A stretch of DNA of 64,000 nt from Bacteroidota bacterium (lineage in GTDB: Bacteria; Bacteroidota; Bacteroidia; Bacteroidales; WCHB1-69), in the NCBI GenBank assembly GCA_022708105.1, contig JAKIZI010000005.1, positions 2,820 to 66,819 on the forward strand, read 5' to 3'. The notes under the pieces are model-generated. The model ran no database searches. It was not told where the DNA came from and saw nothing but the letters and a program-made list of their open reading frames with translations. This document shows positions 26,087-38,300 of this stretch, in pieces. Every line of letters starts with the position of its first letter. The first letter of the stretch is position 1. The position numbers and the translations under genes are program-made.

Positions 26087-29000
26087 ATGAAAAAATTAGC
26101 CGTTATTTCTTTTCTTCTGGTTGCCCTCAATTGCTTCGGACAACAATCCCCCCAAGAGATTAAAGCCATCCTTTCCGATTTAAAAACCTTGCAGGAAACT
26201 CATGACGATTTCTACGATTCTGCACATACAATAATCCAATACCAAATTCAACAAATCGAATCGGCTCCCAATCTTACTATTACAGATCCCCGACAAATTA
26301 CACTCGCCATCTGGCATAGCTCCATGGCAGACCTGTTTGTAGCTTTTTACGACAATCATCAATACGAAATTTTGAATAGAACCAACGTCAGCGGAGAGAA
26401 AAATGCCGACTTTAAAACCTGGGATATTCAAACGTTAGTCCAAGAAATCATCTACCATTATAACCAATCCCTCGTAGCGGAAGATCTTTTACAACAAACG
26501 CCCGTTACAAACTATTTAACACTGATGACCGATTCCACTTCCGGTATCGATTATCGCCCTACTATGTATGATTTTTTAACCCATAAAGCACTCTCTTTTT
26601 TCATGGAAAAATTATATGGACTCTCTCTGCCCATAAATCCTTTTACCTTAAATGATTCGCTCTATTTTTCAGATAATAAAACGTTTAGCAAATTATCTAT
26701 CACAACAACCGACGAGAATTCCACAGAATATCTTTCACTTCGCATTTTCCAAAAACTAACATTGTTCCACCTTCAATCCGGCAACAGCAAAGCCCTCATA
26801 GACCTTTCTCTGGAACGAATCAACTACCTGTACAATAATTACTCCTTAAAAAATAAAGAATCTCTGTACCTCTCTTTCTTAAATGCTTTGGAAGAAACCT
26901 ATCGTAATGCCCCCGGCCACGAAGATATCTGCTTCGCTCTTGGGAATTATTACAACGAATTAGGAAACAGATATACATCACAACCTTCCGAAAAATCAAG
27001 AACCGCTTTGACGGAAGCCGTCCGTTGGTATCAAAAAGCCATCGCCACTGCTCCCGAATCTATTGCCGCTTATAATGCCCAAGTCAATATCTTTAATATT
27101 CAAAAGGAATCCATTGAACTTTCTTTAAATACGCAATTGATTCCCAATCAGGAAAGTCTGATATCCTGTCATTATAAAAATATACACCATATTACTTTTA
27201 GAATCATTCCCATTACTAAAAAAGAAGCTGAAAAATTAGGTCCATACTATCTTGATCAGGAAATGAAAAAAATTCTAAATTATAAAGAATTGCACACATG
27301 GACATTAAAAACACCATATAGCGAAGATTATCAATCTCAAACTGCCGACATCAATATCCCCGCTTTAGCGCCGGGAAATTATCTCATAATTGCAATTCCT
27401 GATAACCAAAAAGAAGATTCTATCTCCGGATTTACATATACAAAAATAAATGTAACCAATATAGGATCCTGCATTTCATATCTTCCCAACTCAATGGAAT
27501 TTCTCATCTTCGAACACACTACCGGAGAACCACTTAAAAGTCATCCCGTTATCGTATTTTATACTGATTATAACCAAAATCACTACCATCAGAAAATCTA
27601 TAAAACCAATAAAAATGGTATTATAGAAGTTCCATTTCATGAAAAATATAACCAAATCGGAATAGCAATCACTAAAGGAAAAGATATCTACGAATCAATT
27701 GCATATTATTATACTCAGAATAAACCCGACTCTGTCGTTTCGGTTAAGTTGTTCACCGACAGAGCTATCTATCGCCCGGGACAAACCATCTATTTTAAAG
27801 GCATCGTTATTCAATCTTCTTATAAAAAAAATGTGCTTAAAACAAATATGCCGGTAAAGGTCTCACTCAAAGACAACAATTGGCAAACTGTTCGGGAAAT
27901 GGAGTTCACTACGAATGAATTTGGCTCTTTTGCAGGATCTTATACAATTCCGAATGAGGGCATAACCGGAAAATTTTCCCTTAATTGTTTGAATCAAAGC
28001 CACTCCGTCTCCGTTGAAGAGTACAAACGCCCTCAATTTGAAGTAATTCTCAATCCTCCCAAAGAAGATTATAAAATTAATGAGTGGATTACCATTTCCG
28101 GAAATGCAAAAGCTTACGCCGGCTATGCCATTGACGGAGCAAGCGTAACATATCGGGTGAAAAAAACCGCCTCGTTTCCATACCGATATAAATGGAATTC
28201 TTTTTACCCCTCCCGACAAGAACAAGAAATTGCCCAAGGAACGCTCACTACCGACCAAAACGGAGAATTTACAATTTCGTTTCAAGCTATTACAGATCCA
28301 AATGACCAAGAGTTCGATCCCATATACAATTTTCAAATAATCGCCGATGTGACCGATATGAACGGAGAAACCCATTCCGCAAACACCCATATTCCCGTAA
28401 GTAAAAAAGCCTTAATCCTCGAACTCGACATGCCGGAAGTGATTCTCTCCGATCAAAATGAATCTCAATTTTCACTCTCCGCCCTCAACCTGCAACGAGA
28501 AATCCAGGAAGTAACCGTGGAATGTCGTATCTTCCACCTCGAAATGCCCCCCTTTTACCGTCATCCGCATAATGAACAAATTCCCAATTCCACCTTGGTA
28601 GATTCCCAATTGCTGGCAAGGCTTTTCCCATATATAGATCTTAATCAAGGAAACAATCCGGAAAAATGGAAAACAGTAGCCGAAAAACCGATTTTTTATA
28701 TCCAAACCGGAGAAAATAATTCCTTCGTCATTCCTAATCTCAATAATTATCAGGAGGGAGCTTATAAAATTGTGGTAACGGCTCAAGATAAATACGGACA
28801 ACCGGTGGAAACAACCTCCTTTTTCTTTATTCAAAAAACAGATAATAAGAAATGTAGTATCTATAAACCCCTTTGGGTGGCTGCAGATCGCGAAACCGTA
28901 AATCCCGAACAAACTGTGACTATCTACCTCGGTACCTACCTACCCGAAGCCCATATATGGTTGGAAATCATCTCCAATGACTCGGTGATGCACCGTGAAT

Positions 29001-32000
29001 GGATTTATCTCAAAAAAGGGATTATTCAATATCAGCTCCCCATCCAAGAAAAACATTATGGAAGTCTGATTATCAGCACTTTATTATTCAATAATGGGTA
29101 TCATTATCAGGAAACCATGACCGTAAAAGTTCCCTTCACCCACAAAAAACTAAATATGGAATTAGCCACCTTCAAAAATATACTCGAGCCGGGTGCGAAA
29201 GAAGAGTGGATGTTGAAAGTGAAAGGAAAAGAAGGAGAACAATTAGCCGCCGAAGTCCTCTGTAATATGTACGACGCCTCTTTGGATGCCTTCCTCAATC
29301 ATCAGTTTGATTTCACCATTAACTACCTTAACCTCAAAAATAACCTTAGTCCTTTTAGGTTTTATGATAATAATTATGGATATAATAACAGTTTTTATCA
29401 TATTCTACGCCCCTCCCCCTGTTGTTATAAGTACAAATCATATTACTCGTGGGGATTTCCTTTTGTTCCTTCATATTACTATTCCGGAGGGAGAGGAATT
29501 GCTGGTTATCCTTTCGCCACAATAGAAGAATCTTTCCAAATTCCCATGGAAAAGAATTGGGATTACGATAATGTGGTAATTCTGAAGTATACTAAAGATG
29601 AAAGCATCAGTGATGAAGAAACTTCATTAAAAACGGGAACACCCGCCGCCCCAATCCCTCGCTCCAATTTCAATGAAACCGCATTCTTTTTACCGCAACT
29701 CAAAACAGATGCCAAAGGAAGTGTGATTTTTTCTTTTACCATGCCGGAAAGTATTACCAAATGGAAATTTCAAAGTGTGGCTCATACCAAAGACTTGAAA
29801 ATAGGAACTTTAGAACAGTTTGTCCAAACACAAAAAGAGCTCATGATTGTTCCTAATCTTCCTCGCTTTCTGAGAGAAGATGACTATATTCTGTTTTCCG
29901 CAAAGGTAGTCAATATGCAAAACCATGACCTCGCCGGCTCCGTATCGCTCACCCTCACAGATGCAATGACCGACACCAAATTGGACCTCATTGAGAACGA
30001 CAACCCACAACCCTTTGTATCGGCTAAAGGAGAAAGTGCCGAAGTCTTTTTCAAAGTGGCTGTTCCACGAGGAATTACCGCTATCCGGTTGTCTATGATC
30101 GCCACCTCAAACGAAGACCTCAACACCGGGATGGTCTATTCCGATGGAATAGAAACCGTATTGCCCGTGCTCTCCAACCGAATCAGAGTCATCGAAAGTC
30201 TCCCTCTGTTCGTAAATAGTCAGCAAACCAAAACTTTTGTGTTTGATAAATTGAAAATCAAAGCCAATTCTGCTTCCAACGAAGACCTCGGAATTCTTAC
30301 TTTTGAATTTACCCCCAATCCGATATGGTATGCCGTTCAAGCGCTCCCCTATATGATGGAATTCCCTCATGAATGCAACGAGCAGATTTTCAACCGAATG
30401 TATGCCAACGCCATCGCCACTTATATTGCCAACTCTTCCCCAAAAATAAAAGCTGTTTTTGATGCATGGAAAAATAAAACTCCCGACGCTTTTTATTCGA
30501 ATCTTCAAAAAAATGAGGAACTTAAAAATATAGTTCTCGAAGAAACCCCATGGGTATTGGATGCTCAAAATGAACAAGCTGCCAAACAAAGAATCGGACT
30601 ACTATTTGATCTACAAAACATGGCTTCTCAAAAGAAAAATGCACTAAAGAAACTTGAAAAAAATCAAAACAGCAATGGCTCTTGGAGTTGGTTCTCCAAC
30701 GGCTATGAAAATCGCTACATCACGCAATACATCGTTTCGGGATTTGGACATCTGAATACAATGGGTGTCATCCGAAAAGAGAATTCTTCGATGTCACCAA
30801 TGATAAAAAAAGCGACGCAATATATGGATCAAAAAATTAATGAAGATTATCTGGAATTAAAAAAGAATCCGAGAATAAATATCCAAGAGTACCCAATCGG
30901 CTATCATCAAATTCAATATTTATATGCAAGAAGCTATTTTCTTAACGATTATGATATTGCAAAAAAAGATCGTGACGCCTATTTTTTCTACCTGAATCAA
31001 GCAAAAAAACAGTGGAAAGAGAACAAGTCCGTCTATATGCAAGCCATGATTGCACTTGCGCTGTACAGAAATAAAGAGGTGGAAACAGCAACACAGATTA
31101 TGGAATATTTGAGAAGTCGAGCTCAATATTCTGAAGAGATGGGCATGTATTGGAAAAAGGAAGGTTCCGGCTTCTATTGGTATGAGTCTGCGATTGAACG
31201 ACAAAGTTTGCTTATTGAGGCATTCCTTACTATTTTGAAAGATGAAAATTCTGCAGATAAGATGAAACAATGGTTGCTCAAACAAAAACAAACGCAAAAT
31301 TGGGGTTCGACAAGAAGTACCGCCGAAGCCTGCTTTGCCCTGCTGATTGACCCGAACAAATCAGGGAAATCATTGATTCTAGATCCTTCTCCGATTACGG
31401 TAACAATGGGAAGTGAGGAATTTCATTTTACAGAATCTTCCACTGCACCGGTCTATCGTGGCACTACCCCTGAACCCGGAACCGGTTATGTGAAAACCTC
31501 TTGGAAAAATGAAGAAATCACGTCCGATAAAGCCACTGTTGTAATTAATCAACCGGGGAAAGGCATTGCATGGGGCGCCTTATATTGGCAGTATTTTGAA
31601 GAATCGGAAAATATCACAGAATCAGCGCAAAATCCGATATCTTTGAAAAAAATGCTTTACAAAGTAGGTTTAACAGAGAAAGGCGAAACCCTAATCCCGA
31701 TAACCGAAGAACAACCGCTCAAAGTTGGGGACAAAGTGCGTGTGCGAATCGAACTGCGGTGCGACCGAGATATGGAATTTGTACACCTTAAAGATATGAG
31801 AGCCTCCGGATTTGAACCCACCAACGTCTTATCCGGCTACAAATATCAAGATGGTTTGTATTATTATGAATCAACCCGCGATGCCGCCACCAACTTCTTC
31901 TTCGACTATATCTCTAAAGGAACGTATGTCTTTGAATATACCCTCTTCGCTACATTGGCGGGAAATTATCACAACGGAATCTCGTCCGTACAATGTATGT

Positions 32001-32056
32001 ATGCACCCGAATTTACCAGCCACAGTGCAGGAACGCTCGTACGAATTACTAAATAA
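26087..32056 (+). CDS. alpha-2-macroglobulin family protein (large bacterial A2M-like protease trap)
   Basis: 1989 aa. Signal peptide. CxEQ thioester-type motif FPHECNEQ (CNEQ at 30374..30385, Cys1430). Size and repetitive beta-rich MG-like organisation fit the family. Confidence 0.8.
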   Translation: MKKLAVISFLLVALNCFGQQSPQEIKAILSDLKTLQETHDDFYDSAHTIIQYQIQQIESAPNLTITDPRQITLAIWHSSMADLFVAFYDNHQYEILNRTNVSGEKNADFKTWDIQTLVQEIIYHYNQSLVAEDLLQQTPVTNYLTLMTDSTSGIDYRPTMYDFLTHKALSFFMEKLYGLSLPINPFTLNDSLYFSDNKTFSKLSITTTDENSTEYLSLRIFQKLTLFHLQSGNSKALIDLSLERINYLYNNYSLKNKESLYLSFLNALEETYRNAPGHEDICFALGNYYNELGNRYTSQPSEKSRTALTEAVRWYQKAIATAPESIAAYNAQVNIFNIQKESIELSLNTQLIPNQESLISCHYKNIHHITFRIIPITKKEAEKLGPYYLDQEMKKILNYKELHTWTLKTPYSEDYQSQTADINIPALAPGNYLIIAIPDNQKEDSISGFTYTKINVTNIGSCISYLPNSMEFLIFEHTTGEPLKSHPVIVFYTDYNQNHYHQKIYKTNKNGIIEVPFHEKYNQIGIAITKGKDIYESIAYYYTQNKPDSVVSVKLFTDRAIYRPGQTIYFKGIVIQSSYKKNVLKTNMPVKVSLKDNNWQTVREMEFTTNEFGSFAGSYTIPNEGITGKFSLNCLNQSHSVSVEEYKRPQFEVILNPPKEDYKINEWITISGNAKAYAGYAIDGASVTYRVKKTASFPYRYKWNSFYPSRQEQEIAQGTLTTDQNGEFTISFQAITDPNDQEFDPIYNFQIIADVTDMNGETHSANTHIPVSKKALILELDMPEVILSDQNESQFSLSALNLQREIQEVTVECRIFHLEMPPFYRHPHNEQIPNSTLVDSQLLARLFPYIDLNQGNNPEKWKTVAEKPIFYIQTGENNSFVIPNLNNYQEGAYKIVVTAQDKYGQPVETTSFFFIQKTDNKKCSIYKPLWVAADRETVNPEQTVTIYLGTYLPEAHIWLEIISNDSVMHREWIYLKKGIIQYQLPIQEKHYGSLIISTLLFNNGYHYQETMTVKVPFTHKKLNMELATFKNILEPGAKEEWMLKVKGKEGEQLAAEVLCNMYDASLDAFLNHQFDFTINYLNLKNNLSPFRFYDNNYGYNNSFYHILRPSPCCYKYKSYYSWGFPFVPSYYYSGGRGIAGYPFATIEESFQIPMEKNWDYDNVVILKYTKDESISDEETSLKTGTPAAPIPRSNFNETAFFLPQLKTDAKGSVIFSFTMPESITKWKFQSVAHTKDLKIGTLEQFVQTQKELMIVPNLPRFLREDDYILFSAKVVNMQNHDLAGSVSLTLTDAMTDTKLDLIENDNPQPFVSAKGESAEVFFKVAVPRGITAIRLSMIATSNEDLNTGMVYSDGIETVLPVLSNRIRVIESLPLFVNSQQTKTFVFDKLKIKANSASNEDLGILTFEFTPNPIWYAVQALPYMMEFPHECNEQIFNRMYANAIATYIANSSPKIKAVFDAWKNKTPDAFYSNLQKNEELKNIVLEETPWVLDAQNEQAAKQRIGLLFDLQNMASQKKNALKKLEKNQNSNGSWSWFSNGYENRYITQYIVSGFGHLNTMGVIRKENSSMSPMIKKATQYMDQKINEDYLELKKNPRINIQEYPIGYHQIQYLYARSYFLNDYDIAKKDRDAYFFYLNQAKKQWKENKSVYMQAMIALALYRNKEVETATQIMEYLRSRAQYSEEMGMYWKKEGSGFYWYESAIERQSLLIEAFLTILKDENSADKMKQWLLKQKQTQNWGSTRSTAEACFALLIDPNKSGKSLILDPSPITVTMGSEEFHFTESSTAPVYRGTTPEPGTGYVKTSWKNEEITSDKATVVINQPGKGIAWGALYWQYFEESENITESAQNPISLKKMLYKVGLTEKGETLIPITEEQPLKVGDKVRVRIELRCDRDMEFVHLKDMRASGFEPTNVLSGYKYQDGLYYYESTRDAATNFFFDYISKGTYVFEYTLFATLAGNYHNGISSVQCMYAPEFTSHSAGTLVRITK

Positions 32057-32257
32057 TCATTGGACTGAGAATACACCGAAAAATTCTATTCTCCGTTTAT
32101 TTGATACAAATAATTTTCTTTTTCAGGGCGGAAACATCATTGTTTTCTCACAATTCAATTGATTATAAAACTATTGAATTTTGAGTGATAAAGTCAGGAA
32201 AAATTAAAATTGTTAATAACTTTTTAAAAAAGTGTTATCAAAGTATAAATTATTTTA

Positions 32258-32265
32258 TATCTTTG
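32258..32265 (+). promoter_or_regulatory. orphan -7-box-like motif (TAnnTTTG) with no downstream ORF
   Basis: TATCTTTG points toward the sprA 3' end. It is followed by two ATCCCACCTTT direct repeats (32290..32300, 32313..32323). Confidence 0.25.
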
Positions 32266-32357
32266 TATTTGAAACAAGGCATCCGGAACATCCCACCTTT
32301 TAAAACAACATTATCCCACCTTTAAGTATTTGGCATAACTCTTTATACCCGGATTGC

Positions 32358-35300
32358 CTATTGAGAGAGCATGAGGCGGACTTTGATTCCGGCGTTGATG
32401 TTCATGTTGTTATATTGATTGGAGATGTATGGACGATTGATAACGTGGTCGTAGAAGAAGGCCAATCCGACCATGTTGCTGATTTGGTAATCGGCAGAAA
32501 CATTGATGGTCATGGTAAGCATACCGGAAGATACTTGAGTAAGGTCTTCGACGATTTTGCGGAGAACGGTTTTATTGTCGCGGAGGGAGAAATTGACAGT
32601 CAGGTTAAGGTCGCTGACCACTTGACGTTTCATTCCGGAGAAGATAAATCCGATGGTAATATCTTTAAAACGGTAGCCACCGCCGAAGGTAAACTCATGG
32701 GAATTTACTTCGGTAATTTGGTTATTAGCGAAGCTCAGAGAGATATTCCGGCTTTTCTTAAACTCGACTTTGAAGAGTAAGCTGTTGGTGAAGGTCATAT
32801 CGAGTCCGATGAGAGGACTGAACTGTTCGGTGAGGGTAACTTGCCCTATTTCGTAAGTCGGAATAAAATTACGGTTGGCATCGAGTTTATTGGGCATTCC
32901 ATTTACATCTTCGCCATAATTAAGATTGGAAGCATAGTTACCAACAGAATAATTAGAAACGTAGGCATGATTGATGGAAAAATTTTGGAAAACCTTATTA
33001 ACTCCTTTAATTTTGGTCAATCCGGTATAATTAAGCCGCCAGTTGGGAAGTGGTACTTTCACGAATGGAGAAGATATATCGAGTGTTTTAACATTTTGTC
33101 CACCATAAGCAGCCAAGAAAGCGGAAATGAGTACATCCTGAGAGGTGGCGGAGTAGCCGAAAGGATATCCGGTTGCGGTATCGATAATACCGTTAGAATT
33201 TTCGTTCATCAAGGAGTAGCGGTCGGCCAATTCGCGGCGGAGGAGTTTGAAATTTTGGAAGACATCTTCGTTGTCGCTAAAGAAAGTGGACAAAGCAAAG
33301 AAAGAGGTTGAGAAAGTCCCGGTTGTTTGAGGGGTATAGGATTTATATTCGCCTTGTGCGTTGGGCACGTAGTATTCCGTGAAGTTGCGTGTCACATTAC
33401 GATTAGCGGTCACATCAATACGAAAATCTTTAAACGGTTCAATCGAAGCACGTGCGTTGATTACTTGGTTGTAGCGAGACTGGAAAGCGGTATTGAGTAG
33501 CGTATCTTTGGTCATCCAACCGGATTCGGAGGCAATATGTCGGATATCGGGCTGGCCGCCGAATACGAAGAGGAATCCCGGAGCACTATTTTTGAAATTC
33601 AATCCGAAGAGGTTGGGCGCGGGCATAAATCCGGGCAAAGAGGTTCCTGTTCCTTCGCTGTAGCTGAACGAAGCATTACGCACCATCATGAGGAAGCGGA
33701 GGGTTCCGTCAAGGATTAATTTACCTACATTAATTTTGAAAGTATCTTGTTTTTCTTTCGCAGATTCGCTGTCGGCGTATTCTTGTCCCATACTCGGATC
33801 AAACTTCTTTTTAGAATTGGCATTCTTTTTTCCTTTATCCTTATCGGCCTGACGATAAGCTTGTTCCTGCATCCGGATAATTCCCTGATTTACTTTTTTC
33901 AAGTAAGGAATATTGTTGTACAGCGTCACAAAATTGACATTGACATTTCCTTGAAATGTGTTGGAGTTCTCGATGGTGTTCCCCAGACTTTTCATAGAGA
34001 GCGCCGAAGCAAGATAGTTGTATGTAGAGGTATATCGAACATTCGCAGTAATCCAGTTAAAGAGCGGAATCATATTGATGGGGATTCGATAAGAGGCATC
34101 AAAGCGTTGGTTAAAATTGGTAACGCGGCCTCCATTGCCAAAGTTTCTCCAAAGGGTATCTTTTTCGGTACGGGTATCGATACGACCTTGCGGCTCATCA
34201 ATTCGGGTTTGGGCAATAGCTGAATATTCGAACTTAAGTCCTTGCGACAAATCCCATCTCAGATTATAGGTTCTTGACCATTGAAAATCCTTCACGAAAG
34301 AGGTGTCTATAATAATATTTCCTTGACTTTTCGGGCGGAGTTTAAACTCATTCATCTCTCTGGTCACATTCGTACGGAACGTAAACATTTGAGGCAAGAG
34401 ATAGAAGTTAAACTCGCGGAAAAGTTGCAGCCAAGGGGATTTGAATGCTTTAACAGAACCTAACGGTCTGAAGTTTTTTGGATTATGTTTGAAAGAGTAA
34501 CCGATTTCACCTTCGTGGCGGAACTCATTATCAAATTCGGTATTGACATCTCTACTTTTCACTTCGGAATAGGCATAAGAGAGGTCGAAGTTTTCGATAT
34601 CCCAAGGTCTGATTTTAATCTCTTTATCAAAATTACGTTCTTTACGAACATTCATAATATTAAGATTTTGACGAACCACCATTTCCGTAGTCATTGCTTG
34701 AATGGAATCCCTGTCTTCTTTACGAAGATAGGTTTTAAGATCTTCCTTCAGTTTCACATCGGGGTTAAGAGGGTTGTACTCGGGAATAGACATATTGAGG
34801 TTATAGTCGTAGTGTACGGGGATTTTGATATTCCATTTTTGGGGGAATAAGATTTTTCCGGCGTCAACATTTGTCGCAATATCGATGGTATAAAGTGTTT
34901 CTTTCTGAGTTTCGCTGACTTTCTGCTCTAAGGTTCCAAAGCCGGGAGTTGAATAAGTTCCGGAGAGGGTAAAGTCCCCGAGGTCGGCGAGATTCATTCG
35001 CATTTGTCCGCGAGCAGCAAAGCCGGAAGATTCGTCATAGCCGCTAAGTCTTAGCTCATTGATCCATACTTCGACTGATTTAGGGAGCATATCATCGCCA
35101 TCATTAAGATTTTGTTTTTTGGGGTTACGCACACCGACCATAATAGTATTTACTTCGGAAAGACTTGGGGAACCCACAACAGTAATCAATTTCCCGTTAA
35201 TAACGGTTTCATAAGGTATTGTAATCGAGTATTCTCCTGAGCGGGAGAGTACATTTCTTTCTTGTTTGGCCGCAACAAGGTCGGCAAGATTAATTTCCAT

Positions 35301-38300
35301 TCGGTTATTTACGGGCCAAATGGCGGTAGAATCTGCCCCTACCCCCCAAGGAGTTATTTCAAGAGGAATTTCATATTCGTAATAATTTTCAGTAAAGTCG
35401 GAGCCCAAACGAATGAATACGGTAACATCGCCATTTTTAATATTATCTTGGGCAAACATCTTTTCACCATGCACAAACATTCTCAATTTTTTAAACTTGC
35501 GGATATCAAAAACCGTATTTTTATAAATGGCACGTGCATCCCCGTCGGAGAGGTCTTTCACTTTCATGGTCAGCGCCTGCTCATTCACGTAATAGACTTG
35601 TGTCCCGCCGAAGCCCTGTTCTCTTTCGATTCCCGGAGGCAATACGTAAGGAATAGGCGTTCTGTTGGCATTTTCTTCATAACTGAGCGTAGAAACATTG
35701 ATAGTAGTATTGCCGCTTCCAGGACCTGGAATATAATCTCCGTCGTCCATTAAGTCGAGACTATAGACACGCCAATCGCTGCGTACCAACTCAAAAGTAG
35801 CCAAACGGCAAAAGATGGGTTCCGAAAAGTCTTTCATGAAGACGCGCATGAAGCGAATAGAGTTAAAGCCATTGATACCTCCTACCACTTTATCCGGGTT
35901 TTTGATCGGAATTTTAAATTGATACCATTTGGTGGTTGGGCGGCTTCCGTCCGGTAGAGGCTCGGGAACTGCTTCAAAAACATCATTAATGTAGTTTTCT
36001 CCCACCACCATTTTATCAGGACGAAGATCGATGACATATTGGTAATATTTTTCATCTTCGCTCAATGTATTGTCGTTATTAACATCTTCGACATTTGGAA
36101 TGGTTGATCCTGTAGTAGGATACTGTTCTGTAGATTGATTGTCCGTTGGAGAGTTTCCATCAGCGTTGTTATAATATTTATAACGTTCCAATATTTTTAC
36201 GTTGTCAGCGTCATAGTCGCTGCCTCTGAAATAATGGAAATTATCTGCTGATGGGTCTTCGAGTGCAGCGATATACGCGGGGGAAGAGGTTCCGAACTCA
36301 TTGGCAAGCAATTCGAGATAGGTATTATTGTAGTGTGTTCGTTCAATATCGTCATGGAGTCCATCGTAACCGACATCCTGATATTGTCTGGCTGCCGGGT
36401 CATTTTCGAAGGCATTCACAATCATTTGCATGGTAGGCACCCGTCCCCAAACGGTATATTCCACACCATCGTCTGTTCCGTCGGGCGGAAGTCCGTTTTC
36501 AAAGAACTTCAGACCATCACGGAGGATATCTTCAGAAACATCACCCAAGTTAAAGTACAATTTCCCTCCTTGGTGATTAGGGTTTTCAATAAAAGGGTCC
36601 ATCATCCAGAACTCAATATACTCGTAATTCGAAGCCTCAAAATCAGTATTATCCATTTTGCGCATGATTCCCCCCCAACGACTGTCTGGGTTTTTGAGAG
36701 TTCCGTCCGGATTCATCCCGTCGGATAATCCTTCGGCACCATTTACATCATAGTTATAGGGTCCTTTTTCGGCAGGATAAAATGCCATATTAAAGACTGC
36801 CATATAGGTAGCTTCTGCAGCATTTGCCTGTTGTTTAAAGGGAAATAACTCTGTTTCATATACTTCACGAGCGTAAGGTTTTGATTGATCTTCACGCGTG
36901 ATATTGGAGGGCGTTGCACTATTGTTGCGATAAAAAATAGGATCGATTACATACCAGGCCAATCGAGCGCGATTGTAGCCGTATGCCAATTTGCGACGGG
37001 CATGGTCTCCGGCGGATACCGGTCGTGCCTCAGGGAAAAGTGTCGGTTGTTGTTGCGGTGTAGAAGCCAACACCCAACTATTGACATTTTTAAGATCTAC
37101 CGTTGACTTCGTAGCTTCGAAATCATCAATATAGGTAACACCTTCTTTGCCGACAGCCCTTGAGTGTCCGGGAATAAAATGAGCAAACTCACCTTCAAAC
37201 TGAATATTGGATTCTGCGGTAGTAGAATAGAACGGTAAGAAATCGACTATCTTGGTAATAAAATTGGCTTTGGTTTTGTATGCGGTTCGCATCCCCCATA
37301 TGGTATTCTTGATCGGCTCATCTCCGTAATTCACCTTTTGCGTAATCGGTTGTTCGCGAAGATTGAGGATGGTGGCACCCACATTAAAATTTTCCGAAAA
37401 TTTATACTCTAAATCTGCCCCAAACATATATTTCGTGGAGATGCCGAACGTTGATTTATTTTCCAACGAAATAGAAATCGGAGTTCCCGACTTAAGGACG
37501 CCTTCGTTGATAATACTCACGGTTCCCATGCTGTAGTTAACCGTATAGTCCACATTTTCTGTTAGGGTAATACCGCCGGCCGTCACCTTTACAGAACCTT
37601 CGGGAACGTTCATTGCATTAAGACTAATTTCCGAACCGGAGGAAGATTTATACACTCCTTCAAGATAATACTTATTTCGAGCAGTATATTGTTGGGCAAT
37701 GGCTTTAGTAGTTGTGTAGAGGGAGTCAAACGCATATTTATCGGCAAATTCGTCATTTCCGAGAGCTTCCCGCAAATCTTTCCCGAAAGGTTCCACCGTG
37801 GGGAAATAAATTCTTCCGTTGTAAGCATTGATAGTTCCACCCAACGTATGAGCATTATCGATAAAGTCAAAAATTCCATCCGGATAAGGATCTTTCTGTT
37901 GGTTCAAATTATCCAATCCCAATAAACGAATCAAAGGAATCCCTTTTTTAGGTCCTAAGTTAAAAAAGCCGTTGGGAATTCCTTCTGCATCTCCGGTATA
38001 GAGAACATTAAGTCGGAAATCTTCCGCTTTTACTTGATAAGAAGATAAACTGTAGACATTCTTCATCATCAACTTCCAAAGAGGAGATTGTGTATTGAGC
38101 GTTGTACTTTTCAACAACTTAGCGCGGATACATTGCGGAGCATTGACCTCATTGGAGAACTCCCCTACTTGATACACCCGATCATCTCCGATAACCGTGT
38201 ACTGGTAAGATACCGCCAGCACCTGGTCCGAATTGAGTGCCGTATTCAGTGAGATAAACCCCAATTTACTATTAAATGTATATTCAGAAGGATCAAGCAG

